64,000 nt of DNA from Promethearchaeota archaeon (GTDB lineage Archaea; Asgardarchaeota; Lokiarchaeia; Sigyniarchaeales; SOKP01), in contig JAHPZE010000005.1 of the NCBI GenBank assembly GCA_019058365.1, forward strand, positions 96,001 to 160,000. Direction: 5' to 3'. Below the pieces are notes generated by a model. It did no database searches. It was not told where the DNA came from and worked only from the letters and a program-made list of their open reading frames with translations. Positions 59,101-64,000 of this stretch are shown here, one piece after another. The position numbers and the translations under genes are program-made. The first letter of the stretch is position 1. Each line of letters opens with the position of its first letter.

Positions 59101-60959
59101 ATTTAACTCAATATATTGGAAATTTTATTCAATTTAGGTTCGAATCTAATCTGGATGATACGTCTGATTCAAGAAATTATAAAGGATTTATTATAGATTA
59201 TTTTGCTATTGAAAATTATACTAATAGAAATTCACCATCAATATTTTTCAATCCATATACGGATATTTCCTCAACTCAAGATTCAAAATATCAGAAGTAT
59301 ACATTTTCATGTGAATATTTTGATTTGGATAATAATTATCCCGATTTTATATATTTAGAGATGAGTGATACAAATTACACTATGTATAATATTTTTGGTG
59401 ATTGGAATGCTAGCTCTAATATTTTGGGAGATTATGGTATATATTTTATAAAATCCTTAACATTGGAAGATATCTCAAATCAATCATTTAGGTTCCATGT
59501 TTCAGATGGATTTAATATAATTACGACTTCATGGTATAATAAAAATAATTCTCTTTTTGAATTCATTAATCCAAATCCTTTACAATTTAAGGTCTTAATG
59601 GATAACAAGTACATAGGATACAGTTTTTCAAATATAGATCTATCTGATTACTATGTGTCTGGTACTCCACCTCCAAAAGAAACAACGGCATGGTTTAGAG
59701 GAGATAATAGTTGGCATCCAATAATTCGATATGGAAATCCTCTGCTTTATGGAGGGATTGGCCAGAGTTTTGGGGGTTCTGAGCAAGGATATGGCTCTAA
59801 TTGGGATATAAATTTAATTACTCATCCACTCCATTTGGAGAGTGAATATAAGGTTTACTTAGAATTTGATTATGAAATTTCATTACAGAATGAATATTAT
59901 CAACCTGAAGATCAACTAGATAAATGTAATATATCATTATCAAAAGATTTTGGTAAAACTTGGATCGTGTTAAAAGAATTTACATATGATAGTGAAGACC
60001 TTATTGGTAGTAGTAAAATTGATATTTCCCAATATTCTGATGAAGATATAATGATAATGTTCACATTACATTCAAATGATAATGTAATTGGCTTAGGTTA
60101 TGGATGGTTATTATCAAATATCTATATAGGGTACGATAAATCAACAGATTTTATAGCTCCAGAAATTAAAATTATAAATCCAAAATCTGATAGTACAATT
60201 AAATCATTAATTATAATAGAAGCAAATATTTCTGATAATGTTAGGTTAGATGAATCAAGAATTTATATATATCTTAATGGTAAGAGTATTGACAGAAATA
60301 AACTCACATTTAATAGTACTACTCATAATTTAAAGTTTAATTGGGACACCAAGAAATATAATGATGGAACATATGAAATTAAAGTAGTAGCTTATGATGT
60401 AGAAGGGAATATTGGAGAAGAAATCATAGTAGTTAAAGTCAATAATATGAAGTGGTGGAGTACATGGAGTCCATACATTATCATAATTGCGTCTGTTATT
60501 GTTATTGGAATTATCATTTATATTATCTCAGAAAAAAAGGGTAAACTTTGGATTGGTAGAATAAAAGACAGTCGTGCTGAAAAAATAAGAATAAAAGATA
60601 TTGATAAAGATCAAGTAATAGAACGGATAGAATTAATTGAACATGAAGTAGAACTAGCAAGACCTTTAACATTGTACTGTAAATCATGTAAATCTTGGTT
60701 CTTTTCATCGAAATTTGATATAATATGCCCAGTTTGTGAACATGATCAAATTTACGCAGCATATTTATGTGAGAACTGCAAAAAATGGTATTTCAAGGAT
60801 GAACCCAGCGAAAATTATTATTGCAAAAATAAAACATGTGAAGGTGTGAGGTTAATTAGGCGGAAAAAAGAAGAAATTCAAGAACTTTTAGCTAAAGAGG
60901 GAAAAGTCCTTAAAAAGTTTAAGAGTAAGGAGAAAAAATTTAGTATTTTAGATGTTTAA
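56160..60959 (+). CDS. Membrane-anchored S8 (subtilase) serine protease with cytoplasmic double zinc ribbon
   Basis: Signal peptide, I9-like prodomain, VLDTG (D 56628), NGHGT (H 56724), AAGN, GTSIA (S 57648), MAM/adhesin-like and Ig domains, TM near 60474-60530, CKSC/CPVC/CENC/CKNKTC tail. Confidence 0.88.
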   Translation: MRRKQTYCILILLILSMSISGLFFNEINSKESSIDLSENLNDESNPIVSNNYQKNIIVFFNSPSYSDTVKDRFEFYGGTIKKEWNNQFDSISGFAGYMPLEINLIGFQNEFPEAKIENDEILEAQMNYASVQSGAINTTWYLNGLKGNTNSSIAVLDTGINPNHDFLRGVIVGWENFVDIQPISDDNGHGTFISSVIAGTGKDKYDSNYPSTIKIKGNYSHIELFDEYSVSKNYTLKIISFNASKVGSNIIINSSWNLEDGGIDNFWVELYYDNTLVNYSHNEIQDTNYTINHPLTLDNIGVYDIYIKYHKLLQAKPIFSFNSKISYFPEVYTENRNHFTGIANATKIVAYKILNQSGMGCTSDLISAFASVIQNRSKYHIVSVCLSVGTLGEDIEAVNSVINEVIEKGILVVIAAGNTGIEISDSLNKLAENKNAIVVGATNDKDQVTSYSSMGKEIDSIIKPDIVAPGGSKIPNHRSVIAADKEIDKATSSYGTSIATAIVSASINLLIEARWDTWNQWNNLNLTEWVKYIKAFLLMTASETNLEREDDPATTIDESSYSPSLSLAPLTSGLKDIHEGYGRLNIQAAIDALTKIIKVNNSINGNLLSSQEDPLGTHVFARQVELIEDVQYNFSLSTADSHANFNMFLFSNESNQYGEPILLGSSRKWYSNFDNFYFIPKNNQTNCVIVVKAIEGNSDFTLNISIVENYFTPELKIPEINYLGGSKNTTVMSLQELMGNEPKKNYSIDSYRFYIEYYDNDTSNVPPQEVYVSIIETSENYTLTQYYPTDNNYTDGALFVSDYVQFSKPRIYQYFFVASDGKFKTLYPETGCLNITIEFPTDSIQFPHQYSFNEGIGNWSYTGTGWELLNQSNDIDNRSRIYENSWNSLYFGIYHNYPRNYTYQPINLIEDPFPNGSLISPLFNLTNINENTTNPYAKFGLRTSINAGDFIYLQINLNWTGWITLKTYTNVEDEWFLEEINLTQYIGNFIQFRFESNLDDTSDSRNYKGFIIDYFAIENYTNRNSPSIFFNPYTDISSTQDSKYQKYTFSCEYFDLDNNYPDFIYLEMSDTNYTMYNIFGDWNASSNILGDYGIYFIKSLTLEDISNQSFRFHVSDGFNIITTSWYNKNNSLFEFINPNPLQFKVLMDNKYIGYSFSNIDLSDYYVSGTPPPKETTAWFRGDNSWHPIIRYGNPLLYGGIGQSFGGSEQGYGSNWDINLITHPLHLESEYKVYLEFDYEISLQNEYYQPEDQLDKCNISLSKDFGKTWIVLKEFTYDSEDLIGSSKIDISQYSDEDIMIMFTLHSNDNVIGLGYGWLLSNIYIGYDKSTDFIAPEIKIINPKSDSTIKSLIIIEANISDNVRLDESRIYIYLNGKSIDRNKLTFNSTTHNLKFNWDTKKYNDGTYEIKVVAYDVEGNIGEEIIVVKVNNMKWWSTWSPYIIIIASVIVIGIIIYIISEKKGKLWIGRIKDSRAEKIRIKDIDKDQVIERIELIEHEVELARPLTLYCKSCKSWFFSSKFDIICPVCEHDQIYAAYLCENCKKWYFKDEPSENYYCKNKTCEGVRLIRRKKEEIQELLAKEGKVLKKFKSKEKKFSILDV

Positions 60960-60991
60960 AATAAAAATTAAAAATTCATAATAAAAAAGGC

Positions 60992-63967
60992 ATGGATATA
61001 AGAAATTTTCTATATAGGTTAAGAAAACGAATAAATCTACAATTTCTCAAACATTCTTGGCTTGATCTCAAGCGAGATAAAACTAAAGTTATATTCGGGA
61101 TAAGTGGTATCGCAATTTCATTATTTTTATTGACTGTTATTGGAATGTTAAATGATACAGTGAATTATAATTATCTTTTATATGTTACTTCAACAACAGG
61201 AAAATCTGATATTATGATTACACGTACAATTCAGACCGATTTAACGTTTGATCCTTTCTATGATGAAGACATTATAAATAATGAATTAAAGGATATTGAG
61301 GGCGTTGATGAACTATTTCCCCGAATTATGATGTTAGTAACATGTACTTCAGAAAATATTAACACAAGCGGTACCTTACAATTTTATGGTCTTGATTTTA
61401 TAAAGGAAGCTGAAAATGGTAACCTGGGAGATTTATTTATAGTTGATGATGAAGGAAAAGAAACCAATGAAGTTTATGATGATGAACCAGATGATGGTGA
61501 ATGTGTAATATTATTAAATGTAGCAGAGATCCTTAATGTTACCAGGGGCGATATAATACACTTAGAATATCAAAATTATGAATTAAATTTAACTGTTGCT
61601 GAAATTTGTATTCAAAATCTTAGATTTATGCAATTCGAAACTTCTTTAATTCTTGTTAATTTACAACAAGCTCAAGAATTTTTGCAAAGAGAAAATCAAA
61701 TAAATTTTATAGTCGGAACAATTAAAAATCCTAAAATTGTCTATGATGCTAGTGATTTAACGTTAACAACAAGAAGACTTCGAATAATCGGTACAAGGGT
61801 ACAAGAAAGGTTGGATCTAAACGAATTTTCCATAAGTTTACCAAAATTAGACGAACTTGAAAGTGGTCAATTTATGCTAATGATGGTAACAATAATATTT
61901 TGGTTTATCATAATTCTTTCAATGCTTATAACAGGTATTTTAATAAATAGCATACTTTCTACTTCGGCTGAAGAGCGCGTGCGTGAATTTGGAATTGTTC
62001 GAGTGGTTGGGAGTAAAAAAATATATCCTATGAAAATGGTTTTATTTGAAGGGGTTATGTTAGGGGTGTTTGGATCGATTATCGGAATGATACTTGGATT
62101 TGCATTGATGAGACCTATAGCACAATCCATATTTCCTATGTATCACTTTCAATTTGAGTTTGCTGACGTAGAATGGGTCATTCAACCTGATACACTCATT
62201 TTAACCTTTTCAATAGGTATATTAGTGTCCTTAGGAGTAGCTTTAATACCTGCTCTTAGAACTGCAAGGGTTGATCTAATTAAATCTATTACTCCTTTTC
62301 AAACTAAAGAAGAAGGTTGGGAAATTAAAAAAGAAGGGAGTATGAATGTTAAAAGTTTTCTTGCGGGAATTTCGATCGCTACTATTGGGATGATAGTCTT
62401 TGTCTTACTACCAAATATCTTTGTCACTGGTGATTATATGTTAACAAATGGACTTTTTATCGGTTTACTTGCTGCTATAGTAATCGGGTTAGTATTTGCT
62501 TCAGTTGGAATAATACCACTAATTCAGAGAATTTTTTTAGGAGTAATTTCACCGGCTATAAAAAAGTATAGTAGTATCATTGGCATTTCCTTAAAGCGTT
62601 ATAGAAGACGTAATACTAGTACTGTTGTTATGTTTGCTATTAGTTTTTCATTTATTTTTTTCCTTACAAGCGTTACTAAAATGCAATCAGCTAATACAGC
62701 ACTAAATTTAAAATTTCAATACGGGTCAGATTTAGTTTTAATGAATCAAGAATTATATAGTCCTGAGAGTGCTCTTACTCTTGAAATGGCTGATGAATTA
62801 AAAGAATTAGCGGGAGTGGATAAATTAGCGATTTCACTTCATAATACATTCGATCTTCAAGCCACACTAGCAGCGATGTTTGAAGTTAGTGAAGGACAAG
62901 TAGGTTTTTCGGGTGGATCATCAGAAGAAATGATGATGGGTATGTTTCAATTCTATACAACTCAAGAAGAGATAAAATTCAAAACTACAGCAGGAGATAT
63001 AATGGATTTTGATGTCGTGGATGCTGGATTTATAGGTATTAATGAAGATTTTGTTGATTTAATTGATAAGAAATTATTAATATGGAAAAGTACTGGAAGT
63101 AGTACTTCATATTCTTTTAATGAATTATTTAATTATAATAATACATGTATTATAGCAAAATCTATTGCGAGTAGACTCGGTATCCAGGATGTAGGAGAAT
63201 ATGTACGAATAACGTTCTATGATCCAAAAATAGAAGATCATCCTGGGAATGTTACTCTATTTAGGGTTGTAGGAATCTCGGGAGGAATTCCTGGATTTTA
63301 TAATTTCCGAACTAATGAGATGTCAGCTAATGGAGGAGGTGTAATGGTCTCATTAGACAATTATATACGCCTAATGAAAATAAAGAATCCTGGAGAGAGT
63401 AATATGATTTTAGATAAAGTATTCATAAATTTGATTGATAATACAGAGGAAAATATTGAAGAAACTAAAGATGATATTCGTATAATGTATCAAGATAAAG
63501 ATATACTTATTGATGATGCAATTTCTAAAATAAACTTCATGGAATCGATGACTGAAAGACAGAGTTTTTTGATGGAGTTGATTCTGATGTTTACGATAAT
63601 AATAAGCATTTTTGGGTTAGTTAGTAGCATGTATGCAATTATATTGGAGAGAAAGTTTGAAATTGGAATCCTTCGGTCAATGGGTATGAAAGTTAGAAAT
63701 GTTAGAAATATGTTTTTAATTGAAAGTATGACTATTTTGCTCGCCGCAGGAATTATGGGGACCATTATTGGATCATATAGTGCATATCTCCTTCAAACAA
63801 CTATAAGCTTAATGACAGAGATGCCGGTGATCTTCACAATTCCTATGGATACATTACTCAGAGTTTTTATTTTATCAATCTCTTTTGCATTTCTAGGAAC
63901 TTATGTGATCTTAATCAAATATTTCTATAAGAAAACCATAATGGACATATTCCGCCAAACATTCTAA
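60992..63967 (+). CDS. FtsX/MacB-like ABC permease (second paralog)
   Basis: DLKRDKTK, EERVREFGIVRVVGS, RRRNTST, QYGSD, LERKFEIGILRSMG; colinear with 49200..52202. Confidence 0.92.
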   Translation: MDIRNFLYRLRKRINLQFLKHSWLDLKRDKTKVIFGISGIAISLFLLTVIGMLNDTVNYNYLLYVTSTTGKSDIMITRTIQTDLTFDPFYDEDIINNELKDIEGVDELFPRIMMLVTCTSENINTSGTLQFYGLDFIKEAENGNLGDLFIVDDEGKETNEVYDDEPDDGECVILLNVAEILNVTRGDIIHLEYQNYELNLTVAEICIQNLRFMQFETSLILVNLQQAQEFLQRENQINFIVGTIKNPKIVYDASDLTLTTRRLRIIGTRVQERLDLNEFSISLPKLDELESGQFMLMMVTIIFWFIIILSMLITGILINSILSTSAEERVREFGIVRVVGSKKIYPMKMVLFEGVMLGVFGSIIGMILGFALMRPIAQSIFPMYHFQFEFADVEWVIQPDTLILTFSIGILVSLGVALIPALRTARVDLIKSITPFQTKEEGWEIKKEGSMNVKSFLAGISIATIGMIVFVLLPNIFVTGDYMLTNGLFIGLLAAIVIGLVFASVGIIPLIQRIFLGVISPAIKKYSSIIGISLKRYRRRNTSTVVMFAISFSFIFFLTSVTKMQSANTALNLKFQYGSDLVLMNQELYSPESALTLEMADELKELAGVDKLAISLHNTFDLQATLAAMFEVSEGQVGFSGGSSEEMMMGMFQFYTTQEEIKFKTTAGDIMDFDVVDAGFIGINEDFVDLIDKKLLIWKSTGSSTSYSFNELFNYNNTCIIAKSIASRLGIQDVGEYVRITFYDPKIEDHPGNVTLFRVVGISGGIPGFYNFRTNEMSANGGGVMVSLDNYIRLMKIKNPGESNMILDKVFINLIDNTEENIEETKDDIRIMYQDKDILIDDAISKINFMESMTERQSFLMELILMFTIIISIFGLVSSMYAIILERKFEIGILRSMGMKVRNVRNMFLIESMTILLAAGIMGTIIGSYSAYLLQTTISLMTEMPVIFTIPMDTLLRVFILSISFAFLGTYVILIKYFYKKTIMDIFRQTF

Positions 63968-64000
63968 TAAATAAATTGAATATAAAAAGAAATATTAATT

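Noticed and set aside
547-63765. Numerous 60-140 aa ORFs antisense or out of frame within long genes (e.g. 9457..9885, 33692..34024, 46147..46488, 50030..50449)
   Set aside because: They are fully nested in well-supported CDSs, have no motifs, and show the composition typical of shadow ORFs.

Overview
Very AT-rich (roughly 28-30% GC by eye), gene-dense archaeal chromosome segment. Gene content and protein style point to an Asgard archaeon, most likely Lokiarchaeia (inference). The clues are expanded acyl-CoA/ETF and alpha/beta-hydrolase families, large TPR-effector fusions, Ig-repeat surface glycoproteins, a TFS/RpoM-like zinc ribbon, archaeal TATA/BRE and GGTGA/GGAGG RBS motifs. No rRNA, tRNA, CRISPR array or transposase was seen. 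From left to right: (1) acyl-CoA dehydrogenase-EtfB-ferredoxin/EtfA operon; (2) small metabolic genes; (3) a 1278-aa TPR-nitrilase fusion preceded by a decayed 3' remnant of a paralog; (4) a UbiA-like protein and two CCG Fe-S oxidoreductases; (5) two different MoxR AAA+/VWA modules around an AmmeMemoRadiSam enzyme, ending in a SWIM protein; (6) an alpha/beta-hydrolase array; (7) an 8-repeat surface protein; (8) a lipid/head-group catabolism-like neighbourhood (FadD, PIG-L, GPH transporter, non-Pyl MttB, ACD-alpha, 3x GDPD, SCP2); (9) a truncated TFS paralog and RNase III; (10) a 16-kb five-gene operon in which a type VII (MacB/FtsX/LolCDE-like) ABC ATPase and two permeases enclose a large surface protein and a membrane-anchored subtilase with a cytoplasmic double zinc ribbon. 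The best candidates for undescribed systems are this ABC-protease operon and the MoxR/VWA/SWIM locus. Other notable signals are a 22-aa micro-domain shared by two unrelated ATPases and repeated evidence for non-canonical (CTG/ATA/ATT) start codons. All family assignments come from motif recognition by eye; no searches were run.
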